In this document: piece by piece, positions 26,410 through 34,927 of the stretch | Layout of the letters: each line of letters opens with the position of its first letter | Position numbering within the stretch: the stretch's first letter is position 1 | DNA from: Escherichia phage Schulenburg | DNA: 44,748 nucleotides | Sequence record: MK931438.1 | Direction: 5' to 3' (one strand) | Program-made: the position numbers and the translations under genes | Notes under the pieces: model-generated | The model's database searches: none | What the model saw: only the letters and a program-made list of their open reading frames with translations | What the model was told of the DNA's origin: nothing

Positions 26410-27830
26410 TATCGTTTCCTTCTCTTCATATAATTAAGTAGTTCGTCCTGTACAGACCTTTTCTCGTCTGTACGCGCGGCGACAACTTCATCAAGAGTAT
26501 CTCGGGCTATTATTTTATAAATGAATACAGACCGTTTGTATCCGGATTGCATCTGCCTTACTGGGCCTATACGCTCGATAACCTGCAGATAATGTTCCAG
26601 GTTCCACCCCTGACTCATAAAAGCCATGTGATGCCCGCCGTGTTGTAGCGACAGCCCGTGGCCCGCGGAGGCTGGGTGTATCAGGAGCATAGGTATCTCG
26701 CCACGGTTCCACGCTTCCATCTGCTTATTACCCTTGGCCCCTTTGGCAAACGCCTGGGCTTGTGGGAATCTCTTAAGGATGCGCTCCAGTTCATGCTTGA
26801 ACTGATAGGCCACCAGTAACGGCGCACCATGCAACTCTTCAACAATGGACTCCAGCGCGTCCAGCTTCGTGTCATGCACTTTCTCCCAGTCTTTCGTTGC
26901 TTCGCCATCTGGCCCTGATACATACACGGCACCGGACGCAATCTGCAAACACTTAGATGTCTTCGCAGCCGCGTTAGCCGCTTCAACTTCTCCGCTCTCC
27001 AGTTCCGCGAATAGCTTCTCCTCCATATCTATGTACGCCTGACGCGCTTTCTTCGGCAGGTCAATTTCCACCGGCACGATAATCGGCGCTTCACAACCGA
27101 ACCACTCGGCGGCGTCAATCGTCAGGCTAATGTCTTTCATCTTCTGGTGAATTTCATTATCCGCACCAGGGCGTGCATGATACTCACGCGCCATAGCCGA
27201 TTTGCCTTTCTGTACCGAGTTAAACCATCGGTCGGTGAATGCCGTGTATGAAGAACCGAGGCGCTCGCCCGCGTCGATAAACCAGTTCTGACCCCACAAG
27301 TCTTTGAGGCCGTTCGGTGACGGCGTTCCCGTCAGGTTTATAAAACGCTTGACCCTACCGAACGCAACCTTGCTAAGCGCCTTTGCCCGCTTGCTGCCAC
27401 CTGAACGACTGCGGAATGATTTCAGTTTCGTGCTCTCATCGGCAACGATAACCGTAAAAGGCCAGTCGTCTTTGCCGTAATAGTCAATAAGCCACTCGAT
27501 AACTTCGTAGTTTGTACAGACCACATTAGCGTCTGACTCCAGTGCCGCGATGCGGCGCTTCTCTGAACCTGTCGCATCTACGACGCGCAGACACGGGAAT
27601 CGCCATTTCTCTTGTTCTGATGGCCATGTGCCGGACGCAACACGCAGCGGGGCGAGGATTAACACGCGGTCGTCGTCCGTAAGCTGCCCGTTGCGGAACA
27701 GTCGGTTAAGCACCCACATCGTTGCGGAACTTTTGCCGGCGCCCATCGAAGCCCAAATATTACAGCGAGGATGCTGTAGCATGAACGAAGTCATGAGCTT
27801 CTGGTACTCGCGCCTTTGAAACTTACTCAT
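26409..27830 (-). CDS. SNF2/DEAD-like helicase
   Basis: Walker A ASMGAGKSS; DExx box VIVADESTKLK; 473 aa. Confidence 0.75.
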   Translation of the reverse strand: MSKFQRREYQKLMTSFMLQHPRCNIWASMGAGKSSATMWVLNRLFRNGQLTDDDRVLILAPLRVASGTWPSEQEKWRFPCLRVVDATGSEKRRIAALESDANVVCTNYEVIEWLIDYYGKDDWPFTVIVADESTKLKSFRSRSGGSKRAKALSKVAFGRVKRFINLTGTPSPNGLKDLWGQNWFIDAGERLGSSYTAFTDRWFNSVQKGKSAMAREYHARPGADNEIHQKMKDISLTIDAAEWFGCEAPIIVPVEIDLPKKARQAYIDMEEKLFAELESGEVEAANAAAKTSKCLQIASGAVYVSGPDGEATKDWEKVHDTKLDALESIVEELHGAPLLVAYQFKHELERILKRFPQAQAFAKGAKGNKQMEAWNRGEIPMLLIHPASAGHGLSLQHGGHHMAFMSQGWNLEHYLQVIERIGPVRQMQSGYKRSVFIYKIIARDTLDEVVAARTDEKRSVQDELLNYMKRRKR

Positions 27831-28018
27831 TTTGCCACCAGCACCAGCTCTTTACGCCCGAACGCCGTAACGTTACCTGTTACGTCTTCAATAACCAGTT
27901 TACCGTTCGACTCGACGAACACCGTATCAACGGCAACAGGTTGACGGGTCTTAACATTGAAAATCATGTCGCCAGGTACGATGTCACGTGCGGGTTTGCG
28001 GTCATATTCGTGTTTCAT
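27827..28018 (-). CDS. hypothetical protein (63 aa)
   Basis: AAGGAA SD; first gene after the 28052-28080 promoter; overlaps helicase start. Confidence 0.5.
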   Translation of the reverse strand: MKHEYDRKPARDIVPGDMIFNVKTRQPVAVDTVFVESNGKLVIEDVTGNVTAFGRKELVLVAK

Positions 28019-28048
28019 TTCTCAATTCCTTATATTGTTGGTGTAGGA

Positions 28049-28348
28049 CTAACTATAATAGTTTGCTATTATGTCGTCAACCTCTTCTTTTGTTCCTACT
28101 ACAAAAACATTTGCGTCACGTTTACGAAGCCGTTTGTGCTCCCGTAACTGATGTTCCTCCGGTTCCGTGTTTTCATCCTTCTTCACCTCTACAAACCATA
28201 TAACCCCTCCCGGAAGGACAACCAACAGGTCAGGCGCTCCGTTTCTACCCTCATACACTATCTTACGAACGAGGCCGCCAAGGGCCTCGAATTGCTCTTT
28301 TGCGTATTTCTGAATCTTGCCTTCCGGAGTCATGAGCGCAAAACCCAT
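28049..28348 (-). CDS. VRR-NUC domain nuclease
   Basis: PD-(D/E)xK-type motif PDLLVV...WFVEVKKDE; 99 aa. Confidence 0.6.
   Translation of the reverse strand: MGFALMTPEGKIQKYAKEQFEALGGLVRKIVYEGRNGAPDLLVVLPGGVIWFVEVKKDENTEPEEHQLREHKRLRKRDANVFVVGTKEEVDDIIANYYS
28052..28080 (-). promoter_or_regulatory. type-A promoter with operator in spacer (TTGACG-17-TATAGT; ATAATAG-N4-CTATTAT)
   Basis: Minus-strand -35/-10 with 17-nt spacer containing a perfect 7-bp inverted repeat; overlaps the 3' end of the VRR-NUC gene. Confidence 0.55.
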
Positions 28349-28476
28349 GCAAGGAAAGCCCCACCAACAACGGCAGCACCAACAAACTTAAAGAACAGGT
28401 CATAATAGAACATCGAAGCTATTCCCGCACTGAGTAACAGTGCGAGCATGGTTACTATCGTCCAAAATACAAACAT
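28330..28476 (-). CDS. small hydrophobic protein (48 aa, putative)
   Basis: Not in ORF track; ATG-initiated, stop overlaps VRR-NUC start; one of several overlapping small-ORF candidates in 28350-28690. Confidence 0.3.
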   Translation of the reverse strand: MFVFWTIVTMLALLLSAGIASMFYYDLFFKFVGAAVVGGAFLAWVLRS

Positions 28477-28685
28477 TGTCATAATACACACCCCTCACGT
28501 TTCGTATGCTCAATTCCGCAGCGCGGACAGATTCGACAATCTTCTTCATATAACCGGTATATTTTCATTCCGGCACCCACAGATAAATTGCGATTAACAT
28601 ACCCAATACGGCAACCATCATGCCGTACTGTCCCTCGTGACAGTAACCACCGGCGGCGAATCCAGCCAGTACCGCGATAATCAGT

Positions 28686-30857
28686 TTACTTAGCATAGCG
28701 CTTCATCTCCGCACCTTCTGCAACCAAAGGGAATCCCTCCGCCCAGTCAGGCAATTCACACATCAACCTCTCAAGCTCTGCAACATTGTATTCAGGCGAA
28801 TCTGGCGTCTCGCAGATAATCTCATCGTGTACATGAAGCACAATCGGGTAGCCGTTTGCTTCAACTTTAAGTAGCGCGTTAGCCAGCAAATCACGGCACA
28901 ACGCCTGCGTACAGTTTTCCACCAGTTTGCCTGAGTACGTGTACTGGAATCCCCACTGACGCGTTAACTGGTTCTCCCCCTGGTACTTGATGCGCACGTT
29001 AGTAGAAACTTTTCCGTCTTCGTCTGTCTCTTTCGACACGCTTAAACCGACGCCAGGGTAGGACATAACACGTCCCGACGGCAACGTCATGCGCAACCAC
29101 CAACCCGCTACCTTGTTGCCGTTGTTGTCTGTTTCTACGTTGCGGGAAAACTTAACTCCGCGCGGGCCAGCGGAGAACTCTTTCCCCGGATTACGTATAG
29201 CTGCCATAGCTGCGTCTTCAATATCGCGCCAGAATTGTACTATCGCCGGGTTGGCTTCCCGGTACATTCGTTTCAGAGCGTCACATGTACGCCAGACTTT
29301 CTTATCAAGGATATATGATGGTCGGTCATCCTTTTCACCCGGACGCGGAGGACGTTTAGCTTCCTGAATACGTGCCCACTCGTAACCACGTGCCGTAGCG
29401 GCCCATATATGGTCAGGGAAAGTTCCAGCTAAAATGTTAGTCATGTCGTTCAAATCAAGCCCTAAGTTTTTAGCAAACGTGACGAAAGCGCCCACACCCC
29501 CCGCGTAGCCCAGTCCGAGAACCATTGCTTTGGCTATTTGTCTTTGGTCTTTTGTTACGTCGTCATAACTAACATTGAACACGGTTGATGCGAGTTTCTT
29601 GTACACATCAACTCCGTTTACAAATACTTCTATTAAATCGTCTTCACCCGCCAGCCAGGCCAGCCCACGACCTTCAACGTTAGAGTAATCGGCAACAACA
29701 AACTTGTGTCCGGCTTCCGGGATGATGCAGCTACGCACCGTCGATGCCGTCAGCTTGGCGACATCAAAGCGGCGATGTGCACGTCCTTTCAGTAGCGCAG
29801 AAATACCTTTATCCAGTTCATCGTCATGATAGTACCCGCGGGCCAGGTTCTGTGGCTGGAAGCCTTTGCCAGCGAATCGTAGCGTACGCTTAGCCCCGCC
29901 GTACTGGATACAACCACGGCGGCGGTCGTCTGACGAGCGGCCTAGCAACAGCGGGTTATATTTCGTTGACGCAGTTGACGCGGCCCCGAGGCGCATTTCG
30001 ATAATCATGCGTGCATCGTCGGGTAAATCCTCGTCAGCCAGCAGGTCGTTAAGAGTAGACTTCTGTGCGTTATGGATGCGATGCGCAGGGGCCAGTTCAC
30101 GCAGAATCGGCAGGAAGTCTTTACCGGTAAGCGAGCCGCCGTATTTGCGCTGGGCTTCTTCCTGCAACTGCGCCTTGTGCTTCTCTACGGCTTCAATCGC
30201 TGCTTCCGCCAGCGCAACATCAACCTTGAACCCACGGTCATTGATTAACTGGTCCAGTTCCAGTACACGGTCTTCGAACTCAGAGTTACCCCACCGCGGC
30301 AGCTTATGGAAGACTTCACGCATCGCGGTGATGTCGCTCACGGCGTACTTGATGAACAGCGCCCACTCGTCCAGGTGCGTTTCGGCGGTGTAGCGGCGGA
30401 TTTTGTAGTTCTTCGGCGTAGGTTTAGAGAAACGCTGAATCAGCGCCTTGCCGCGTTTATCTTTCGCGTTGTCTGCCGATACACCCAGCACTTCGCACAA
30501 CGCATCAAGTGAACCCGGCAGCGCGTGGCGAAACGCCCAAATCATCGTATCAATGGTGTTGCTTACAGGAATATCAAAACCCCAGCAGTGTTTCATGATG
30601 AGCCTGTCGAACATTGAGCCGTTGTGCCACACCATCTTGATACGGCTGTTCGGCTTAACCAGGCGGCGTAAGGCGCGGTGCAAATCCCCCGGCATGTCGC
30701 TGCCGTCGGTGCAATCCCATACCTGCACAGGCTCGTCATCAAAAGCATAGGTACAGATTAGCACTTCGGTAGTTGGATGTTCGGCGTAAGCGTAAGAACC
30801 GACTTTCTTTAAATCGGCCTCGGAGAATGTTTCAAAGTCCAGGTATAAGTAGCTCAT
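28686..30857 (-). CDS. DNA polymerase, family A, with 3'-5' exonuclease domain
   Basis: Exo I motif YLDFETFS; Pol I motif A VVADYSNVEGR, motif B RQIAKAMVLGLGYAGG, motif C HVHDEIICE; ATG at 30857 (AAGGAAAAAG SD) preferred over TTG 30911. Confidence 0.85.
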   Translation of the reverse strand: MSYLYLDFETFSEADLKKVGSYAYAEHPTTEVLICTYAFDDEPVQVWDCTDGSDMPGDLHRALRRLVKPNSRIKMVWHNGSMFDRLIMKHCWGFDIPVSNTIDTMIWAFRHALPGSLDALCEVLGVSADNAKDKRGKALIQRFSKPTPKNYKIRRYTAETHLDEWALFIKYAVSDITAMREVFHKLPRWGNSEFEDRVLELDQLINDRGFKVDVALAEAAIEAVEKHKAQLQEEAQRKYGGSLTGKDFLPILRELAPAHRIHNAQKSTLNDLLADEDLPDDARMIIEMRLGAASTASTKYNPLLLGRSSDDRRRGCIQYGGAKRTLRFAGKGFQPQNLARGYYHDDELDKGISALLKGRAHRRFDVAKLTASTVRSCIIPEAGHKFVVADYSNVEGRGLAWLAGEDDLIEVFVNGVDVYKKLASTVFNVSYDDVTKDQRQIAKAMVLGLGYAGGVGAFVTFAKNLGLDLNDMTNILAGTFPDHIWAATARGYEWARIQEAKRPPRPGEKDDRPSYILDKKVWRTCDALKRMYREANPAIVQFWRDIEDAAMAAIRNPGKEFSAGPRGVKFSRNVETDNNGNKVAGWWLRMTLPSGRVMSYPGVGLSVSKETDEDGKVSTNVRIKYQGENQLTRQWGFQYTYSGKLVENCTQALCRDLLANALLKVEANGYPIVLHVHDEIICETPDSPEYNVAELERLMCELPDWAEGFPLVAEGAEMKRYAK

Positions 30858-31009
30858 TTCTTTTTCCTTAAATCCAGTGCCTTCGTTTCGCTTAATCTTA
30901 TTTTCATACAATCACAGCAAATCCACACATGCTTGTACCCGGCCCGGTACTCATCTGCATACCACGGAAGCGGTTTCATATAGCGATAAACGTGCTTACA
31001 GAAAAACAT
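30854..31009 (-). CDS. small Cys-rich protein (51 aa, putative zinc-binding)
   Basis: Not in ORF track; MFFCKH...WICCDCMK; stop overlaps polymerase ATG (ATGA), suggesting translational coupling. Confidence 0.35.
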   Translation of the reverse strand: MFFCKHVYRYMKPLPWYADEYRAGYKHVWICCDCMKIRLSETKALDLRKKK

Positions 31010-31021
31010 TATTTTCGACCC

Positions 31022-31049
31022 TTAGTAAAAAGGCCCAATGAAGGGCCTT
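31022..31049 (-). terminator. intrinsic terminator-like hairpin (minus strand)
   Basis: aaggccc / gggcctt stem followed on minus strand by TTTTT; downstream of the DUF2815-like gene. Confidence 0.45.
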
Positions 31050-31068
31050 AGTTAAATTGATTCAGATA

Positions 31069-31695
31069 TTAGCGGCGACGACGTTCGCGGCGCGGTGCTT
31101 CATCTTCTTCGTCGTCTTCCAGGTCAGTAACACTTGCAGAGACTTTAGAACCGCCAAACGCTTTACCTTCGCCGGCGTATTTAATCGCCAGCAGGTTAAC
31201 GCCGAGGACTTTATATTTCTGGCTGAACCAGATTTCAACGCTTACGTTAGCGACGCAGCCGCTGTAAACCTGTTCACCTTCAATCTGTTCGCCTTCGACG
31301 TTGAAGTCAGGCTCTACCTGAGTTTCACCTTTTTTAGAGGTTACAATCAGAGGTTGTTTCTGTGCCTTCGCTTTGAAGTAGAAGCCTTCCGGGAAGTCTT
31401 CAAAAGGATTATCACGCTCGGCGATGTCCTTAATAGCACATTTATCCATGTGCTTGCCTTCGCCGTAGTTTGACTTCATCCACTTCTCGGCAGCAGCGGC
31501 CCCCAGTGCTTCCTCTACAACCGCATAAACAGTGTCGTACATTTCGTCGATTTGCGCATGGTCAGACGGCAGAATGATAGTCGCGCTGTACTGACCTTTA
31601 GTGATAGAGCCATCGTCGTTTTCACGGTCTTTTTCGCGTTCGAATACGTTAACCCATGCAGTGTTTACTTTACGCAGATTTAATTTCAGTCCCAT
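31069..31695 (-). CDS. ssDNA-binding-like protein (DUF2815-like)
   Basis: 208 aa with acidic Asp/Glu-rich then Arg-rich C-terminal tail; adjacent to DUF2800-like nuclease and polymerase. Confidence 0.5.
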   Translation of the reverse strand: MGLKLNLRKVNTAWVNVFEREKDRENDDGSITKGQYSATIILPSDHAQIDEMYDTVYAVVEEALGAAAAEKWMKSNYGEGKHMDKCAIKDIAERDNPFEDFPEGFYFKAKAQKQPLIVTSKKGETQVEPDFNVEGEQIEGEQVYSGCVANVSVEIWFSQKYKVLGVNLLAIKYAGEGKAFGGSKVSASVTDLEDDEEDEAPRRERRRR

Positions 31696-31753
31696 TTGAT
31701 TTCTCGCTTTTAAGTTTCGTTTACTCCGGGAAGCTGCCCGGCCAGTGATTAGA

Positions 31754-31782
31754 ACTATAATAGCTAACTATTCAGGTGTCAA
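31754..31782 (-). promoter_or_regulatory. type-A promoter with operator in spacer (TTGACA-17-TATAGT; AATAG-N4-CTATT)
   Basis: Perfect -35, 17-nt spacer containing inverted repeat gAATAGTTAGCTATTat; immediately after the DUF2800-like stop. Confidence 0.55.
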
Positions 31783-31786
31783 CACT

Positions 31787-33031
31787 TTATTCTAAATCTT
31801 CTTCACTAACCTGATTCCACTCAGGCCGTTTGTCGTCTGCCGTTGCTACACATGGTGCACCTGGCTTACGTGTGATGAAGTCTTTCAGTTCTTCTTCCGG
31901 TATAACTTTAACCGCTTCGGTCGGCGTCATGAGAACGACTTTGTTCAGCATAGTGCCGTATTTCTCAGCCACCTTATCAGCGTCTTTCCACGCACGATTA
32001 CCCGGACGACCCTCGACCAGCTTGTAACCCGGCACTTTCTTGCCAGAATGCAACGCGGCAGCCATAGCTTTCTCAACCTTGTCGATGTGCTGGCGCAACA
32101 ACGGCAGCTTCTCATACTCGGCGACGAGTTGCTCGGGTGTCAGTTCCAGCGCAAAGTCGTCCTCCAGTTCTTCCACCAGTACAGAATTAACAGTCTTCGT
32201 CCTGGCGACGCACTGTTCCGAGAACCGGCACCACTGGCAACCATCGACTGACGGCTTAAAGTCGGACGCTTTCAGGTTCTTCTTACCACGGAAGTACGCA
32301 TCGAGTGCTAACAGCGCGCGTTTATGTGCGAACTTAGTGAACAGTTCCAGGCCTTCAACCGAGATATCCCACTCCGACGCACCGCCAGCATACGGCTGGA
32401 AGATGACCAGACGAACAGTTGTTATGTTATATCGTCTCTTTAGTCGGCGATAAACACCGAGAGCGTAAAGCATAAGCTGCTTGTTTTCTTTCGCTTCGAC
32501 ACGATGCCGTCCGGTTTTCAGGTCACCAATAATGAGCATGTGCTCGTCGGTGTTCGCCAGTTCCTGCACGGCAACAAGGTCAGCGGTCCCGAACGTCTCA
32601 ACGCCTTCATATCCCGGATGCAGCACCTCTGTAAGATTGACGCGCATTTCCAGCTTGGCGTAAGTCGCTACGTCGATAATCGGTTTGCAGTAGTCGGTGT
32701 ACTTACGCACCTGCTCAATCATGTCCGCCGTAATAAGTACCGCACCTTTCATAAGGCTGATTAACGCCTTAATCTGGCCTTTGCCTTCATCCAGCACGTA
32801 AGCCCCGACTTCACGCTCTAACGGCAACGCAGTGCCTTTGATGTACTGGTTAAGGTGAATCTCAGCTATGGTGTGCATGGCTGTGCCCAATACGGCGGCT
32901 TTACCTGACGTATTTGGAATGTCTTTTTCACATGCCAGTGATGCACTGCACGTCAGCCACTTCTTAGCGCCTGACGGCGACAACAGGGCGTGCACATCGT
33001 TATTGCCGCCGCGTTCTTTTAGTTTCATCAT
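31787..33031 (-). CDS. PD-(D/E)XK Cas4-like nuclease (DUF2800-like)
   Basis: N-terminal HALLSPSGAKKWLTC, nuclease motif TADLVAV...IIGDLKTG, C-terminal Cys cluster CQWCRFSEQC. Confidence 0.7.
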   Translation of the reverse strand: MMKLKERGGNNDVHALLSPSGAKKWLTCSASLACEKDIPNTSGKAAVLGTAMHTIAEIHLNQYIKGTALPLEREVGAYVLDEGKGQIKALISLMKGAVLITADMIEQVRKYTDYCKPIIDVATYAKLEMRVNLTEVLHPGYEGVETFGTADLVAVQELANTDEHMLIIGDLKTGRHRVEAKENKQLMLYALGVYRRLKRRYNITTVRLVIFQPYAGGASEWDISVEGLELFTKFAHKRALLALDAYFRGKKNLKASDFKPSVDGCQWCRFSEQCVARTKTVNSVLVEELEDDFALELTPEQLVAEYEKLPLLRQHIDKVEKAMAAALHSGKKVPGYKLVEGRPGNRAWKDADKVAEKYGTMLNKVVLMTPTEAVKVIPEEELKDFITRKPGAPCVATADDKRPEWNQVSEEDLE

Positions 33032-33285
33032 TTGGACTCCACCGGTAACTCAGGTAAATACATCCAGTGTGTTATACCCATCTCTATATACCGTTTCGTG
33101 TATAACTGTTTTCCGTTTTCATCCAGACCGGCGGTGATATCGTCGAAGTAATCCTGGATGTGAACAAAATCAATTCCACCTTCAGGGAAGCCGTTGTCAT
33201 CATATTTACTTCCGTCTACGGAGCAAACCAAAACAGCATCATCTTTTGATTCCGGTAACGCATCATTTACGCTAACCCAATTCAT
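33028..33285 (-). CDS. hypothetical protein (85 aa)
   Basis: ORF with overlapping start/stop coupling in the leftward operon. Confidence 0.5.
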   Translation of the reverse strand: MNWVSVNDALPESKDDAVLVCSVDGSKYDDNGFPEGGIDFVHIQDYFDDITAGLDENGKQLYTKRYIEMGITHWMYLPELPVESK

Positions 33286-33554
33286 ACCCTAACCTCCCAC
33301 TGGTCGATTAAATGTCGTGTCTTATGGTCGCAGTGCATAGCCCATCCATACATCGACTCGAAGACATAAAAGTCACTTTTAACAAAAGTCGTGCGCTTAA
33401 TCTGCGACATGTGACGGCCTATATCTTTAGGCCGTGGTACTTTGCCTAAGTACGCCATCTCTTCCATCTGGTGTGCGCCGGACGGAGCGCGCAACAGCCA
33501 TAGCGCCTCTGCGTTATCCCGCCGGTCAACGGCGCGGTAGAGTTGGTAAATCAT
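33282..33554 (-). CDS. hypothetical protein (90 aa)
   Basis: ORF in leftward operon. Confidence 0.5.
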   Translation of the reverse strand: MIYQLYRAVDRRDNAEALWLLRAPSGAHQMEEMAYLGKVPRPKDIGRHMSQIKRTTFVKSDFYVFESMYGWAMHCDHKTRHLIDQWEVRV

Positions 33555-33597
33555 AATTACGACCCTCAGTTAAAGCGGCCCGAAGGCCGCGAGATAG

Positions 33598-34095
33598 TTA
33601 TTCTTCTTCGAAATACTTGTTCTTGATTGCCGTCAGGCGTTCCAGGTATTCGGCCAGGTCTTCGTCTTTAATCGCGGCAATCTTCATCTTCTTGCCGGTG
33701 AACTCTTCTAGCAGTTCATCCGAATCATCGCACGCGGCATCGCTCGGGCCTTCGTTAATTGCATCGTCGATAGCCTGAATCTGGTCGCGCAGAGACTGGT
33801 AATCGACTTCTTCCTTCTCTTCCGTCTCTGGCGTCGATTCCTCTACTTTAGCTTTACGCGGCTTACGTTTCGGCTTCTCTTCTTCCGCCGGTTTAGTGTC
33901 AACCAGGTCTTCACCTTCGACCGGGATTTCTTTTGTTTCTTCTTTAATACTTTCAGAGAACTGCTCAATTTTATGCGCGGCTACTGCGGCGGCCTCTTTG
34001 GCAGTAGTTGGCGCGAACTGTTTTGCACTGTTCGCAGCAATCAGTTCATGGGCAACTACGAAACGCTCCAGTAATTTCAGAAATTGTTCTAACAT
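33598..34095 (-). CDS. highly acidic protein (165 aa)
   Basis: Glu/Asp-rich, low-complexity central region; AGGAGAG SD; early position in leftward operon. Confidence 0.55.
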   Translation of the reverse strand: MLEQFLKLLERFVVAHELIAANSAKQFAPTTAKEAAAVAAHKIEQFSESIKEETKEIPVEGEDLVDTKPAEEEKPKRKPRKAKVEESTPETEEKEEVDYQSLRDQIQAIDDAINEGPSDAACDDSDELLEEFTGKKMKIAAIKDEDLAEYLERLTAIKNKYFEEE

Positions 34096-34110
34096 TTGTT
34101 TCTCTCCTGT

Positions 34111-34260
34111 TTATTTATACTTAACGGTTTTGACTAACTGGCCTGTTGCTTTGTCGAAGAAGCCAACACGATTGTTGCTTACGCTATATCGTGCGGTTTC
34201 TTTAGTTACAAATGCGATATCAAGGCCTAACAGAATCTTTGCTTTGCGGTTGTTAACCAT
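34111..34260 (-). CDS. small basic protein (49 aa, putative)
   Basis: Not in ORF track; AGGAGAG SD then ATG; first ORF after the 34291-34319 promoter. Confidence 0.35.
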   Translation of the reverse strand: MVNNRKAKILLGLDIAFVTKETARYSVSNNRVGFFDKATGQLVKTVKYK

Positions 34261-34290
34261 TGTGTCTCTCCTCTCGTTTGGTATGGGCTA

Positions 34291-34319
34291 ACTATAATAG
34301 CGAACTATTCACTTGTCAA
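34291..34319 (-). promoter_or_regulatory. type-A promoter with operator in spacer (TTGACA-17-TATAGT; AATAG-N4-CTATT)
   Basis: Minus-strand promoter divergent from the HTH regulator gene; inverted repeat gAATAGTTCGCTATTat in spacer. Confidence 0.55.
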
Positions 34320-34322
34320 TGG

Positions 34323-34352
34323 GCTTTTCTAAAATAATTAATATGGTACTAT
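34323..34352 (+). promoter_or_regulatory. candidate promoter of HTH regulator with half-palindrome AATATGGTACTATT
   Basis: TACTAT -10-like hexamer with weak -35; operator-like motif related to the type-B sites. Confidence 0.35.
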
Positions 34353-34383
34353 TCACGCATCAACTAACTAAGGAGTAACTGAC

Positions 34384-34599
34384 ATGCAACCATCTGAACT
34401 AGGCATCCGTGTAGAACAACGCCGTAAAGAACTCGGCATCTCCCAGCGCCGTCTGGCTGTCCTGACTGGCGTTTCCCAGGGCGCGATTAACCAACTGGCA
34501 CTTGGGGTAACTCAGGACGTCCGCCCGGCGACGCTGTTTAAACTGGCGGAAGTGCTGGAGGTAGACGCCAAGTGGCTGGCGTTAGGTGAAGGGGCTTAA
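34384..34599 (+). CDS. HTH XRE-family transcriptional regulator (Cro/CI-like)
   Basis: 71 aa; HTH region ELGISQRRLAVLTGVSQGAINQLALG; AAGGAG SD; divergent from operator-containing promoters. Confidence 0.7.
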   Translation: MQPSELGIRVEQRRKELGISQRRLAVLTGVSQGAINQLALGVTQDVRPATLFKLAEVLEVDAKWLALGEGA

Positions 34600-34616
34600 T
34601 GCCCCTTTCTTTTTAT
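34589..34616 (+). terminator. intrinsic terminator after HTH regulator gene
   Basis: aaggggc-ttaat-gcccctt hairpin followed by TCTTTTTAT. Confidence 0.55.
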
Positions 34617-34630
34617 AGCAACTTATCGAG

Positions 34631-34927
34631 CTATTCCAAATTCTTAATCGTGTGTTGCACGTTCAGGTACTGAATCCACGCAAAAAGCCATACGCTTAAC
34701 GGAAAACTAACCACAGCTGCCGTTCTGAAAACAATGTGGACGGTACACGCTACAATTTCCTTTACCGTCATATCCAGAACGTGGCGCAATTCTGCAACTT
34801 CCTCTAACGCTAGCTTGCAAGCAGGCCACCATTGGTGTGCTACACAAGAAACACATGTCAGGTACGACGGGCGGTATCCAGCCCTCACTGCTTTAAACGG
34901 GTTATCTATAAAATCGTAGATATTCAT
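34631..34927 (-). CDS. hypothetical Cys-containing protein (98 aa)
   Basis: ORF downstream of primase in same operon; hydrophobic C-terminus. Confidence 0.5.
   Translation of the reverse strand: MNIYDFIDNPFKAVRAGYRPSYLTCVSCVAHQWWPACKLALEEVAELRHVLDMTVKEIVACTVHIVFRTAAVVSFPLSVWLFAWIQYLNVQHTIKNLE

Noticed and set aside
29089-30393. Plus-strand ORFs (92 and 175 aa) antisense to the DNA polymerase gene
   Set aside because: Inside the polymerase coding region on the opposite strand; Ser/Arg/Ala-rich shadow frames without SD.
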